A stretch of 64,000 bases of DNA from Haplodiscus bocki (Eukaryota). The stretch is taken from NCBI GenBank assembly GCA_965655095.1, contig OZ296656.1, positions 43,896,001 through 43,960,000 of the forward strand, in the 5' to 3' direction. Of this stretch, positions 37,201 to 49,399 are shown in pieces; position 1 is the first letter of the stretch, and every line of letters starts with the position of its first letter. The notes beneath the pieces were generated by a model, which was not told where the DNA came from, did no database searches, and saw only the letters and a program-made list of their open reading frames with translations. Position numbers and translations under genes: made by a program.

Positions 37201-40200
37201 ATCTACTTCGTCAATTCCGTCTTCTTTGCGGGCGGAATGACTCCGCTCGTTACACTTGGAGATACTGAACTAGCGCTCAGGAACAATTTAACAATTTTAT
37301 GTTTGAACAACTTGACTCAATACGTCATGATTCGATCACAGATGCTCGTGCGCGGTGTCAGGACTTTTCGTCCTATGCCATTTCAACCGCTGCAATTTCA
37401 ACCGCTGCAATTTCAACCGTTCACACATTCAACCGCGTGCCATTTCAACGGCGTGCAATTTCAACCGCGAGCCATTTCAACCACCGCAAATTCAACCGCT
37501 CCAATTATCTAGTAATCAATTAATTACAGTAACTCAGTGTAATTAAGATTAATCCTTTTTAAACGTAATAATTGAAATAAGGTTTAAATATAGAAGCGTC
37601 TTAGTTACCGGATTCAGCAATTAACACACCAATAATAGGAAATTAACACAGTTCGCACCTAATCGCAATCGAAATTGTGTAAAAATTTTGAGCCATTCAC
37701 TATTCCAGTAGCAGCACCTATCACACATTCCAAAATGCAAGTTCAAATTATAGAATCAAACCGAGGCGGAAAAATTGCACTTCACGACGGCCACTCATAC
37801 AACCAGAAACAATCAACTATTAACTGTATCCACTGGCGTTGCTCAAAATATAATAAGCTAAAATTTCCCGCAATCTTAAAAACTAAAAACGAAACTGTCA
37901 TCGAAACAAAAGGTACCCATAATCACAAATGCGACCCCGGCGAATGTGAAGCCGAAGAAGTTGTGAACCAAATTAAAAGAAGAGCCCAATATTCAACACC
38001 AACTGTGGCAATGGCCATTGAAATATACGAGATTTCGGATGATTATTATGCAGTTCAGCTTGCAATGCCGAAAAAAGACAACCTGTTGCGAGCAGTAGCA
38101 AATTTTAGATAAAAAACGTTTAGAGATTTTTGGTATGTTTTCTTTTTTTTCTGTAATTATTCTTTTTTGTCTTCTGAATAAAATTCCGTTTTCGTTTTTT
38201 TTTGCAGAAAAACAATCATTAGGTGAAGGGATATTTGATTTTTTGTCTTGACGCCTCCTTGCAGCCTCTCGGAGTGCGTCTCAGCACATTAACATGACTG
38301 GCTGTACAGTTTAAACCAAGAGACCTTGTCTCTTGTGAGATCGGAATTACATTTGGACTACGGGCTGGCTAACCCTTTAGAAAAATGTTCGAAGCCGGTG
38401 ACAAGAAATCAAAGTCCCTTCAAGTTTGTTGTCCTAGTGAGATGCTAATTGCATCTGATTTCTTCCTAATGATGTTCAGAAACATCATTTTCAAGTTTGG
38501 TACATATGGTAGTTTGTCCAATATGTCCTTTGGAAATTACGTAACACTGTCTTATTGATGACGTTTAATTGATTCCATAATTACTTTACTTGTTTTCGAA
38601 CGTCTTGAAAAAATTGAATAACCTTGAACTTAATTAAATAGGTCGAATTTGTGGCGGTTGAATTTGCAAGCGGTCGAAAAGGCAAGCGGTTGAAAGTGTG
38701 AACGGTTGAAAGTGTGAACGGTTGAAATTGCAGCGGTTGAAATTGCAGCGGTTGAAATTGCAGCGGTTGAAATTGCAGCGGTTGAAATGGCGTAGGACGA
38801 AATGACATGTAACCCTCGTGCGCATAAATTTTTTGAATGTGATTCATTGACTTTATTTAACCGCAAAAATAATTTTTTGTTTTTGGGATCTGTGAACCGA
38901 CGCCATACGATTCATTTTTCCGAGGCACACACAATAAATGTGATGCGTGAACTATACACAAAAATGAAAGGTACGCAACACATGAGATTATTCCGTCAAT
39001 GCTTTTTTACTTGATTTTTTTTTGACAGATTTGAATTTTTGAAGTCATCCGCTAGATGACGGTAAAACCATTCACTGAGGTATTCGGTGGATCACTTCAA
39101 TTGTCTTTGAGAATAACAATGGCTACTTTCCAATTATTCGCACACTTCTATTTTCTTTCTTCCATAGAAAGAACTCAAACTTTGTTTGATCCCGGCTGGA
39201 ACGGGCCCGATGTGATTTTTGCCCAGATTGATCCAATCATTTTGCCCGGACGAATAAAATTACCCACCGAGATTTAAAAAATCTACCGGGCGAAATACCA
39301 ACGGAGCAAAAATAGCGGGCACAAATACAAAAATGGTCAGCTCCGTCGAATTTTTGACTTTTCAAAACGGACCGCTCGGCTAAAAAGATAATTCTCCTTC
39401 AAAAAATAATGAAGAATGGTGAAACCTATAAAAACTGTTGGAGATCACTTTTTCTTGAAAAGCTAGATTTGCATTTGCTAAATGAGCAAGTAAAGAACGA
39501 CTCACATCATTCTAGTTTCTGTGAATTTTCCTTGATGTTATGTCCGGTGACGTATACACTAGCCGACCAATATTTTAGACGAACGTGAAAAATGCAGAAA
39601 TGCTCAGCGTTTTTCTTTTTGATTGGCTCAACAAATGCTGCCGAGAATTTTCAATTGAGCAATTATTATCAAGTCAATTTTTTTGCCATTCATTTCCACC
39701 AAAATAAAATTAAGCTCAAAAGTACGTTCAGTTAAAATATTGTTCAACTTATTGAACATCAACCATTATGCCCCTTTGTGCACATTTACTTTGATATTAC
39801 ATCATGCATTCAGTGAGTGTTTTTTTTCTCCACAGGAGATCAGTAGCGAAGCTAAAACTGGCAAGAGATCTCATCCAGCGAAATGGCGGACTGTACCTCA
39901 AACGCGACGACCCTCGCCTCCGACCTAATCAATCCCTAGGTTACCTTAACTCGATGGCCCACGAAGGCAGTCAATATTTAAGTGCAAAGTATTTCCACAA
40001 ATCAGGAGATTTCACTCTTCCCGATGGCTGCACCTTGCTACCCAATGGCAAAATCCTACCCCCTCGTGATGCTTCCATGTCGCATCATCCACTGATGGAT
40101 AAGTCTTTCCCCTCTTCCAGGGAAGATTCACTAGAACTTATATCCCTGGATCCACCCTATAAGGCAGCGATATCTTACACCATTCCAAATGAACACCCTG

Positions 40201-40421
40201 GCACCCAGAACCAAGAAGATATTTTCACGCCAAGTAAAGAGGATGCTCAAGAAATGCCGTTTTTGTCGACATTGCAGTCTTCACCTATTTCAGAGCTTTT
40301 GAGATTCCGAAATGCGAATGGTACTACGTCAAATTACCATTACAACCGGTTTCAATTTGATGAGAAAAGTAGTTCCGTGGTTAAAACAGGTATAAGAGAA
40401 AGCAAGGAGGCAACAGTTTAA
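9872..40421 (+). CDS. Ionotropic glutamate receptor family subunit, delta (GluD/GRID)-like; multi-exon, 5' end unresolved
   Basis: Sixteen phase-compatible GT-AG exons: 9872-10234, 13039-13147, 13420-13552, 13620-13721, 14402-14479, 14549-14641, 15344-15442, 15762-15944, 16872-17049, 23605-23757, 24233-24442, 26033-26199, 32494-32597, 32864-32979, 33263-33359, 39836-40421. No stops in the spliced frame. Contains ATD, S1, M1, M2 (MQQG), M3 (TYTANLAAF), S2, M4 and a C-tail. Confidence 0.92.
10612..12205. mobile_element. Foldback element with ~380-bp inverted arms enclosing a nested Tc1/mariner-like MITE (11069-11840)
   Basis: 10612-~10992 is the reverse complement of ~11843-12205 (the ORF track shows twin peptides [18 protein letters not shown]). 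The inner element is TA|CAGTAGTGATTTTAATTAATGCGAC ... GTCGCATTAATTGAAATCACTACTG|TA. Confidence 0.75.
13039..13721 (+). CDS. iGluR ATD exons 13039-13147, 13420-13552, 13620-13721
   Basis: GDSRNAHF...AELS / [44 protein letters not shown] / DIKSSEL...KKSD. Phases 1-2-0-0 are compatible. Confidence 0.7.
14402..15442 (+). CDS. iGluR late-ATD/linker exons 14402-14479, 14549-14641, 15344-15442
   Basis: [26 protein letters not shown] / YHQ...[16 protein letters not shown] / [10 protein letters not shown]...RIRVVTVV. All phase 0. Confidence 0.75.
14690..15141 (+). mobile_element. Non-autonomous interspersed repeat, possibly Helitron-like; inverted related end at ~17070-17115
   Basis: 3' end TTGGAGGGCGGGAAATACGT-CGGTGgtCACCG-GCCGTCTTGT (hairpin + CTTG terminus). 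A related end lies on the minus strand at 17072-17113. Confidence 0.4.
15762..17049 (+). CDS. iGluR S1 ligand-binding and pre-M1 exons 15762-15944, 16872-17049
   Basis: ESPFV...[22 protein letters not shown]...YG...[11 protein letters not shown] / [36 protein letters not shown]...[14 protein letters not shown]. Confidence 0.92.
17719..22420 (+). mobile_element. Highly decayed Ty1/Copia retrotransposon (intronic); LTRs not resolved
   Basis: CA|GGTTATGTGTCCAG PBS-like site; gag ([10 protein letters not shown], degenerate zinc knuckle); protease DSGSTD; integrase PEAPERNGV; RT remnants; RNase H NADWSG...[10 protein letters not shown]. Order is PR-IN-RT-RH. Confidence 0.85.
22781..23499. mobile_element. 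Tc1/mariner-like MITE
   Basis: TA|CAGTTGCGTCATG ... GTCGCATTTTTTAATGACACTACTG|TA. The right part is similar to 27280-27500. Confidence 0.45.
23605..26199 (+). CDS. iGluR M1-M2, M3-S2 and S2 exons 23605-23757, 24233-24442, 26033-26199
   Basis: RISP...[18 protein letters not shown] / [33 protein letters not shown]...YGTVKDS / [15 protein letters not shown]. Confidence 0.95.
26435..27500. mobile_element. Tc1/mariner-like MITE containing an internal ~150-bp-arm palindrome (26643-27013)
   Basis: TA|CAGTGGTGTCAAAAGTAGTAATGCGAC ... GTCGCATTTCATTATGACACTACTG|TA. Inner arms TTTTTGACATTTTCGTGGAATGAAAAT... / ...ATTTTCATTCCACGAAAATGTCAAAAA. Confidence 0.65.
27586..27874 (+). repeat. Copia 5' LTR
   Basis: Colinear with 31788-32076, about 35 mismatches in 289 bp by manual count. 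Confidence 0.93.
31788..32076 (+). repeat. Copia 3' LTR
   Basis: Follows the PPT; TGTTG...AACA termini. Confidence 0.93.
32494..33359 (+). CDS. iGluR S2-M4 exons 32494-32597, 32864-32979, 33263-33359
   Basis: NCEYMTVG...[10 protein letters not shown] / ILKLEE...LRKKWF...KC / [27 protein letters not shown]. Confidence 0.92.
33871..35586 (-). mobile_element. Truncated LTR-retrotransposon fragment nested in the hAT transposase
   Basis: Minus strand: TGTAACA...CTTCA candidate LTR (35586-35390), then TT-TGGTAGCTGGTACAGG PBS-like site (35387-35372), a 61-bp tandem array and a CAGCAA-rich tract. No matching second LTR seen. Confidence 0.55.
34235..34625. repeat. 61-bp tandem repeat, ~6.3 copies
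   Basis: Unit GCAGGCGAAAAAGTCATTGAATATTTCCAGGATATTGATGATTTGCGGCTAAGACAATTTT. The GCG anchor occurs at 34239, 34300, 34361, 34422, 34484, 34545, 34606. Confidence 0.92.
37354..38814 (+). mobile_element. Non-autonomous Mutator-like (MULE) element with FLYWCH remnant
   Basis: Perfect 9-bp TSD CTCGTGCGC (37345-37353, 38815-38823). GG...CC termini. TIRs are built of 15-bp ATTTCAACCGCTGCA tandem units. Confidence 0.9.
37735..38112 (+). pseudogene. Truncated MULE transposase N-terminus, FLYWCH zinc finger
   Basis: [15 protein letters not shown]...[19 protein letters not shown]...GTHNH. The DDE domain is absent. Confidence 0.8.
39836..40421 (+). CDS. iGluR final exon: cytoplasmic C-terminal tail
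   Basis: Strong acceptor ttttttttctccacag in the required phase 2. Open to TAA at 40419-40421 (ends KEATV). Confidence 0.8.
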
Positions 40422-43400
40422 AACAAGTTTTGTTACGTAATGATAAAACGAAAATTTTTATTTTGCGACTAGAATAGTATTCTTCAATTCAGTAGTCTAC
40501 TTTTAGTTTTTCTAAATACCACGGCATTCTATTAATTCATCAATATTAATTCATTAAGGCATTCCCTGTCTCAATGAAAATCAATACACCGGAAGGAAGT
40601 ATAACTTCAGAGGTGGGGATAGTACATTGGCGAATGATCGCGGGACAAATAGATTGGCGGATAATCAAGTGATGAAAGGTGTGGGGGGGGTATCACGAAA
40701 GTTTGAATGCTTTACGAAAAAAATTTCAAGATGCAAAGAGAGGCCAAAAAGCAGAGCGCTTGACGAAAATGGCGGAAGTTAGAATGACGGATAATCGAGG
40801 GATAAACGGAAATTATGACAAAATTTTTTGCATTTGCATAGGCGGTATCTCAAAAATTTTCAATGTTTGCATCTCGAAAAGTTTCTGCTATATGCAATCA
40901 TTAAGACTTAGCTGTGTTTCCTCACTGGTTCAGAAAAATTCAAGTCATATTTTCCCAATACTTCCTCACGCTTTTCCAATTTTCTAAAGTTCTAGGCAGC
41001 TGTTTGTCGCAAAATATCGCAGTGCAATTGCGCCTCTTGTAACTAAATTGTTTTCACTAGTTTTGGATCCGTTTCAATCTGTTATCTTGATTATTAACGA
41101 GTCAATTTGTCGTCATCAGCTTGGTTGAAAAGTGTCTCCAAACTTTTCTATCATCCAACAATGAAAAAATTTGTGATTTAGGTATTGCATTTTGTACCAA
41201 AGTTTGCGAGTTCGAACATTAATTGATTTAACTTTAAAATTGTTTTCCTTTTAATTTATTTGCAATTTTTAAACTAAATTCACCGATTTATATTTTTCAA
41301 AATTGACCGATTTGACATTTGCTCGATGTCCTAATTAGTGTTGTAAAAATGTCAAATGATGCTAAAAAAATATATTTTAAGGGCTTTGGATTGAAGGAGA
41401 TGTGTGACACATCCAAATCAATTCGGTAAAAAATCATATCCTCAGTGTTCGAGAACTTAGTTACTAATTGCTGCTTTAAAAAAGAGCAGAAAAGTATCAT
41501 TGATGTAAAATTCACACCTAGCAGACGACAAAAGGTATAGATACGCAGGTGCAGGTTCACACAACCGAAGTTTTGGGATAATCACAAGTTCCGCTAGTGG
41601 TAATAGATTAATTAAGGGAGTGCGCCGAGATATAACAAACCTCAAAGTTACTCATCGAACGAAGTAGAACACGGGAACTAGTCGGTACCTGGTTCTAATA
41701 AAATCCACACACATTAAACCACTGACTGTCAAAAAAATTCCCTGAAACGCTCAAAATAGAAATCACTCTACGCCACTCGGGACAAGAACGAGAAGTCCAT
41801 TAACGGGCATTCGAGACCTTGCGTGGCAACTAACCGGTCAACGTGCTGGCTTCCTATATGAAAAAAAAATATTTAGTTTACACTCGTCCGGTGTAGAGAT
41901 AATTTCTCCTGTTACTCCCAAAGAATTCGTTGAATTCAAAAATTATGAGCACTTTCAAAATGGATTGTTTCCACTAGAAGGCCATCTATGTTATGACTGA
42001 AGCAACTTTCTACTGCGACTCAAGTTTTAGTGGGCCAAAATAGCTCACAAAATTTCTTATCAAAAAAAATATAAATATATAAGCTCGCTGAAGCCAAACG
42101 CAGAATACTGTCGTCTCAAAATTTTTCCAAAAATATCTAGAAACATGATTCGCAACCTACTTCAAACTACCTGAGTCTGAAAAAAGTTAATATTAGGACA
42201 AGAAATCCCGAGTACAAAAATGTCTGACAATAGCAAAAACTTAAAATGTCCCGGGCTGTGAAAAGGTTTCACTTAGTAAAATCTTGGAGTTTTGAATCCA
42301 AGAATTAACTTCGAAGATTGAAACTTAAGACTCTCGGATTATTTACAACGAGTCCAGAAAACTTTTCAATTGAAAAAGTTTTCTCTTTCAGGTACAGACT
42401 CTCAAAAACAAATATTGATACAAACGCAAACGGATCTCATTTTAATTGCAGTTTCTGATCTGATATCCTACCTAACTGTCAACACTGTGCACCCTCGTTC
42501 CCTTGATCGCGCTAAAAAAAATATCCTTCGAAACACCATGTGATCCAGAGCCATATCAATCACAGGATGAATATAAACCTCTAATATCAGTTTGATTCTA
42601 CATCAAACAAGACATCAAAAGTTGAAGCAGTTAGTTTTGTTCAAGCTGCTGCCCAAGATACCATTTGGAAAAAATTTGATGAATACAGTGAAATGTAGAA
42701 AACGGCCAAAAGTCAAAAGAAACCTAAAAACTGATTATTGTGTGACAGTCGAAAGATTTCCTAAATCCGGGCTTTGAATTCTCAACTCAGCTACTTTTGA
42801 GCTGTCTTTTCAATGCCATGACTGAACATACTTTCAAATTTTGAATCTGTTCTAATTAACATGTGCCGGACTAATTTTTTGAAAACTGTCTGGAAAATTA
42901 ACAGTTTGTCGAAAATACATCAAAAAGTTAGCTAAAATTACAAATATATGGAATTTCGAAGTTTCACAATGGCAAGGTGGCAATCGAACTGGCAGATGTT
43001 ACGCTAAGTCAAACACTTAGGACATTTGACTTATCAACTCAATAAATCGATCAAGTCGACGTCCCCTGCAAGTCTCACTATAGTGATACTGAGACCTTTT
43101 GATTTTGACAATTTTTGGCTCTGTGAACAATCGTTGCTTTTTTGTAGTTTTCTGGCTAAGTTTCTGTCAGAGCGCGAAATTACTTCTGATTGATTTGTGC
43201 TCTTTGTAGCAAATTAGGCCTGTGGGATTCTCATTCACATTAAAACGGGAGAAACCAAAGTCCAAGAAACTTCCAACAGAGACGTATAGAGTACCAGAAA
43301 ACATTTTTTGCATAAATTGTGTTGAAACGGAGTATCACGTTTTTTTCTCGTTTTTTGCCGCTTTTAAGAAATTGAATAATGCAAAAAACACTTAGATAAT

Positions 43401-46099
43401 TGTTATAACTGGATAGTTTTTTGTATCTGCTTTGGCGCTTTTTGCCGCCTGTTTCCTTGTGTCTTTATACGTTTGAGATCGTCCTTGCTGCATTCTAGGT
43501 AAGTATCCTATTTCAAATGTGTCGGCTAGAATACGTCGGCTAGAATATGTCGGCTAATATGCTGTGTACATATAGAGCTTTGTCATCATGAAACTGACAA
43601 AAAGTTAAGCAGGGCTTTTTAGTAATCACCAAAGAGAAGCTCGGACTAAAAATGGAAAAGAAAACAAATGATCGGCATGCACCTATTCTGTTTCCGTTTT
43701 CATCAAAAATGTGGTACGTTTTGAACCTCGTTAAAATTTGAACACGGTTTGAAGTTTTAGTTTTTTGATCGACTGTCTTGGCAATTCTGAATTCAAAGGT
43801 TTGGTTTTCTCACTCCCGTATCTTCTTGAGAAGTTAGTAAGTCTCTAAAGATAATTTGAGCTGACGCAAAGTCAACTAAAGTGAAGGTTCTGTGCAGTTG
43901 AGTAATATACTTGGTGCCAATTATGAAGTTTGTGAATTCGGTTGAAATCAATTTGAATTTAACTGCTAAGCGCTAAAGTTACGGCTGTTGAAATTCGGTT
44001 TTATTTCCATTAACTATTAGCGTACCACAACAATTTTGAGTGATTTTGGTTTAGTCAATTTTATCTATCTTACAATTGATATTCATACACTTTACAAAGT
44101 GTTACTTTGGCATCGATAAATCAGCTGACGCTTTTGTCTTGGAGAGTAGAATCTCGGAATCAAAATACAATAATTTCAAGAAAGGTCAAAAAACGCTTTG
44201 TGTATCAAAAACACCATATTCTCGAAAACACCCTATTTATAAAATTACGCACAAAAAAGACTGTTGCTGGAAAACAGGGTAAAATAACAAATTTTGTTTC
44301 AGACATTGAGTTTGTAGGGCGGTTTTGACAATCAATGTTTATATCAACTTGAAATATGTCTAGATTAAATAATAAACGGTCTCTTCTAATTAGTTGGGAG
44401 ACCCATTTAGTTGTTTTTGTCAGCGAGAGGAAACCAAGTGATTTGCTCAAATACAACTAGTTTTAATTAACTCAAAAACTAAATACCACAATTCACAACT
44501 CAATGCAAAAGACTTTTTCAGGTTCTTCGAATTTGAAAACTTCTACCAGACTTTGATGAAATGTCGTCAGATCTAAAACTGACGTCAGATCTAAAGGTGA
44601 TTATCACATATGGCAGGCAGCCACAACAATAGACAAAATTTATAGACTGAGAATTTTTCGATCCTAAAAACCAAATATTTGCTATTTTTCAATATTTTTT
44701 ACGCTTGGATTGTTTCATGTTTCAGTCGAAACCCTTTTGATTTTGAGAATAAAACAAAAGTTACCAAAACATATAGGACTCGCTACCAATGGTGTTTCAC
44801 AAATTAAAATTTTAGTGGGTGTTTAAATGATCATAATATGCTCAGAATCCACCAGATAGTCTCCGAGGTAACGAGTTGTCAAAACTAGCGAAAATTTCGT
44901 TGGAAATTCAAAATGCAACTAAAGACATTTCTCAATTAAAATACGAAACAGGACATCTCAGCTGTCCTACAGATTCACAGAAACGCGGGCTTGAGAATGA
45001 ACACTAGATGGTTGCAATCCAATCGGTAGCTTTTTGAAAAAGAACTTTAAAGAAAGACTCAAGTAAAAAATTCAAAGAACAAGTCAAAAATTTGTTCGCA
45101 GCTGATAAACCGATGTGAGTTTTGAGCGAATCGGAAAAAAGAGTAATTGAGGATCCTAATCCACAACAAATTAAGAAGGTTGATGTCGGATCTGCAATTT
45201 AAGCTCTGAATGAGCAACTGTTTTTTGGAATTTTTCAGTAAATATTAGCCTTTCAGTATCTGCAACTTGAAACCAATTCAATGGAGAGGTTCTTGCACAT
45301 CTCCAGGCATGTACAAATTGTCCGAAAACTTCGTTGCAAGCTGAATGCATGCAGCAATTGCTTTTTGAGTACAAACATCTTCAAAACATTTTTTCGAGTT
45401 TCCTGGGGTATGCAAAAAAGATTGTCTCAAAAAATTTTTCACAGGGAAAAATTTTGGTCAAGTTTAATTTACATCAGTAGACGTTAACGTCAATCAATTT
45501 CTGCATTTCGAAATACTCTTTATGTCTGTTGAAAAATATTTGAACATTTTGCTGAGACTAAAAAATAGACCCTTTAAGAGGAAGTGGGTCTTAGGAAGCC
45601 AAGTTATAGCTGATAAGTTTAGTGCCAAAAGCTCCAACTAAAAACTCTGAAATCAGGAGTCGGTTAATTGTTGAAGTATACATGTTTTTACTAATAACTG
45701 GATTTTGACATAAAATTATATTGATGATTTGATTGACACGGAGCACGTTAATCTCGGAGATTTTCAAAAATAACCGTGCTTGTAACAACTTCCGAAAATA
45801 TACAGAAACCATTCAACAGCTTGATTTCCTTCCTTGAAAATGAAAACTAGCAGCTAAGAGTATCATCAAGAAACCTTTTTCCTTTAGAAAAGAATATTAC
45901 GTGAGCCTCAACGTTCGCAATGAAGTTTGCGAAAATGCAAGAATCATGAATACGATTTTGAGTTCAAACCCAAAAATCCGGTCCCGTAGAATTTGAAGGA
46001 TGGCGACTCAGGTTGTGCATTCTTAAATTGAAACAAACTTGAAAAACTACCAATAAACGTCCACCCAAATACATGCTCATTAAATGCGGTTTTTCATTC

Positions 46100-47795
46100 A
46101 AACGTTTTTTACCTAATGGTATTGAACACACTGTCCAAAACCAATAGAGAAAAATCGGTTCTCTCACTTAAGCATTCAGAGGTCTTTTTAGTCAAATGAG
46201 CAAGTCTCTTACTATAACAGAGTACTTTCGGCAAACTTAGTCACCCCAGCTGGATAAAAATTGAAAAACGTTTCGGGATAACCATTTGAGACACTATTAC
46301 GTAAAGTGGGGAGCTTTCACGGACTACCATTCGTTGCCGGAAAAAACTGCAATTTCATCAAAATAGCATTCACACAATTCACACAACCAGCGAATCACCA
46401 AGTCATTGCCCAAATACCTTTTCGATTTTGAACTGAATTCTTAGTCCCATTAAAATTTGTCAGCTCTTTTCGGTTACTTAGCTACTGCATCCTTACTGTA
46501 GCTCCCAAGTTATGAAAAACGTCAATATTTCTGACAATTTTGCTAGTTGCTGAATTTATACAACCTTGGAATGGCCACAACAAACCACCAACACTGCCTT
46601 GAAGAACAATCAGACCCTTGGCCAGAAGAAACCTCAGATAAAAACAGAAAACACTTTCCCACTTCGGTTACGGAGGCAACTCCCAATACTAAGCTATAGT
46701 CCCCTTATGCTTGCATCCAAGCTCTAAAGATCTCAAAGATATAGAAACTATGCGAGTAACCATAGTCTCCAAGTCTAAAAAATACCCAAACTTTGCCTTA
46801 ACACTATACCCAAACAAAGCCCAAAAAAATTTTCCCCACTTTCATTTACCAGCTAAATTCAGCACTAGGATCTTCGTTCTTATTTTCTGCACCTAAGTTG
46901 AAAAAACCGATGTTTAAAAGACCTTTGTTATTTCTTGCCAATTCAGAGCCTCAGACAGGTAACGGCTTAGTCTGGATATTACACCAGATCAGAATTTAAG
47001 ACTTCTCCCCAGATTAACTTCGCCAGACATGTCCAGTTTTTGGATAACCCTCCGTAGCTTATACACTCATCAATGTGGGGTGATATCGTTACTTACACAA
47101 ATTTTAACAATTCCGAAAAATCCCAGCACCCGCGCAGCCTGGGAAGAGATCGATCCTTGCACGAATAATACCCCGGAGTGAAATGGAAACCAACTCCACA
47201 TTTTACTCTTGGCAGGCCACTCACACTATTGAGCTCTTACTGTTCACAACCCACTTCCCAATTAGGAAAAATCTCATTGCTTAAAAATTTTGCAGTACCT
47301 GCATTTCTACACTTTAAGAATATCCACTTCGTTGCCAAGATACTACCTGGAACCAGAAATTATTTTCATTTTCTCAATTTTACCAGCCAATCTTGAAACT
47401 AAAAAGATCTTCTTTAACCCTTTTATCCAAGCTGCAATTGCCTTGAAGTTTTAGAATTTTTCTGACTTTCAACGTTCCCATTAATTGAGAATGGACACAA
47501 ACTTTTTAGATACTGGATGGAACTGAAAGCCTACACCCAATATAGTTTAGGCTGGCCAGCCCCACTGCGAGGTACTTCTTCCGAAGCAGCTGTATCCAAG
47601 TTCGGACCTTCTCGATGATAAAAAAGTTAATCGATAGTCCCCCGCATTCCTATAGCCTTAGACTGGCCATACACTTGACCGGGTACCAGCTTAAATTGAC
47701 AACTAATGCCCACTTCATCTCCCTCCGCAATTCCTACTTCCTTTGAATCTCAGTAGTTTGAACCAAGGTGTTTTCACATTGCCTTACAGTCTTTC
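46100..47795 (+). mobile_element. Heavily decayed non-LTR retrotransposon (endonuclease/RT) remnant
   Basis: Scattered degenerate motifs: KWGA, TIxL, GRPLTLLS (cf. YRPISLLS), FFNPFI (cf. LFNLFI). Confidence 0.35.
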
Positions 47796-47995
47796 NNNNN
47801 NNNNNNNNNNNNNNNNNNNNNNNNNNNNNNNNNNNNNNNNNNNNNNNNNNNNNNNNNNNNNNNNNNNNNNNNNNNNNNNNNNNNNNNNNNNNNNNNNNNN
47901 NNNNNNNNNNNNNNNNNNNNNNNNNNNNNNNNNNNNNNNNNNNNNNNNNNNNNNNNNNNNNNNNNNNNNNNNNNNNNNNNNNNNNNNNNNNNNNN
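47796..47995. other. Assembly gap (200 N)
   Basis: Run of N. Confidence 1.
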
Positions 47996-48752
47996 AGTTA
48001 TTATCGACATTGAAAGTGAAAACTTTGCATTGAAAGTGAAAGCTAAACCACATCTATTGAAAACAACCTCTACTTATTCGAATTGGAATGCTGCAATCCA
48101 AATTTAAGTCCTCAAGAAGAACATGTTTGATTTAAGTTACGCAAGTAAAACAATTCGAACCCAGTGGTGAATATACACAGTCACCTCAACGTTCAGTGCT
48201 CAGTCTTTTTACTTTTCAATCACGCATTTAAATGTAAGCTGAACAAGCAGGCGAAGAGAATATCCCGCCTAGTAACCACTAGGGCTTCTGTCAACAACCG
48301 ATGCAAATATCGAAAGAATCATAAAAGGACGCCCAATCCAAAAGACTTGCAATTATAACACAGAACGAACAGAGCTTGGCAAGCGCTAGCAGGAAAAAAA
48401 ACTCAAAGCACTGGACGTCTGCATTTCATCAAAAAACCCATAAGAGAACGAAAAAGTAATTTTACCTTCCAAAAAAATTGTTTGGAAAGTTTTATCACAC
48501 AAAAAAGTGAGAAATGCAGATGAAGCACTTAAATGAAAACCTTACTCGGCAGCAAACGGATTGTACTTAGTACTGCAGCAACGCAAACGCTTTTTTCACC
48601 GACAAAAAGCTTCCGAAACGTGAAATGTCCGAAAAGTCGAACACTTGAGGAAAAATTGAGAAAAGCTGCGAAAAAAAACAAGAACGCACAGGGATTGCCA
48701 ATGAGAAAGGCTGTTCAGTGAGTCCGTATTTGCACCACTTATTGGTGGCATC

Positions 48753-48908
48753 NNNNNNNNNNNNNNNNNNNNNNNNNNNNNNNNNNNNNNNNNNNNNNNN
48801 NNNNNNNNNNNNNNNNNNNNNNNNNNNNNNNNNNNNNNNNNNNNNNNNNNNNNNNNNNNNNNNNNNNNNNNNNNNNNNNNNNNNNNNNNNNNNNNNNNNN
48901 NNNNNNNN
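48753..48908. other. Assembly gap (156 N)
   Basis: Run of N. Confidence 1.
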
Positions 48909-49399
48909 TGCCAACTCAAAATTTTATGGATATACAGTACAGAAACGGAAAAACTTAGCATTCAGTGAGAAAACATTAAAGTTGTTCACTTTCACGCTGC
49001 ATGCATGGACGTAAGGCCACTTGCAGTGATCACAAAAAAAAGTTTGCGAAGACGCAGGTGAAAGCTTTCGAGACACATAACTGATTAGGGTGTTCCCAAT
49101 GATGGTATGCAAATGAGAATGCAAATTTACTACTCTAAAGGACCTCTCTATAGACATGACCCATCCAAGCAACAGCCAACCAGAAAGTCGCGTATGATGA
49201 AGGACAGTAGTGAATAAGTAATGCGCTGATTTTAGAGTTATAGGTACGAAAAGTCAGTAAAACTGACTGAAAAATAGCACCTCTATTAATCCGCACAATT
49301 TTACATCGCAACGATCTGCTAGTTTGAATTGCTGAATGGTAGGGGAAATACGACAGCAAAAATCAAATGGAAACTTTTCGGAGGACGAAGTACGCAACA

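Noticed and set aside
37237-37546. Repetitive ORFs (FQPLQ / AISTA / CNFNR) here and at 38581-38866
   Set aside because: They are translations of the 15-bp tandem units in the MULE TIRs, open in all frames.
40407-40421. Class I PDZ-binding motif at the C-terminus
   Set aside because: EATV has Ala at position -2 instead of Ser/Thr.
47743-49014. ORFs of 78-121 aa in the track
   Set aside because: Artefacts of translating N runs.
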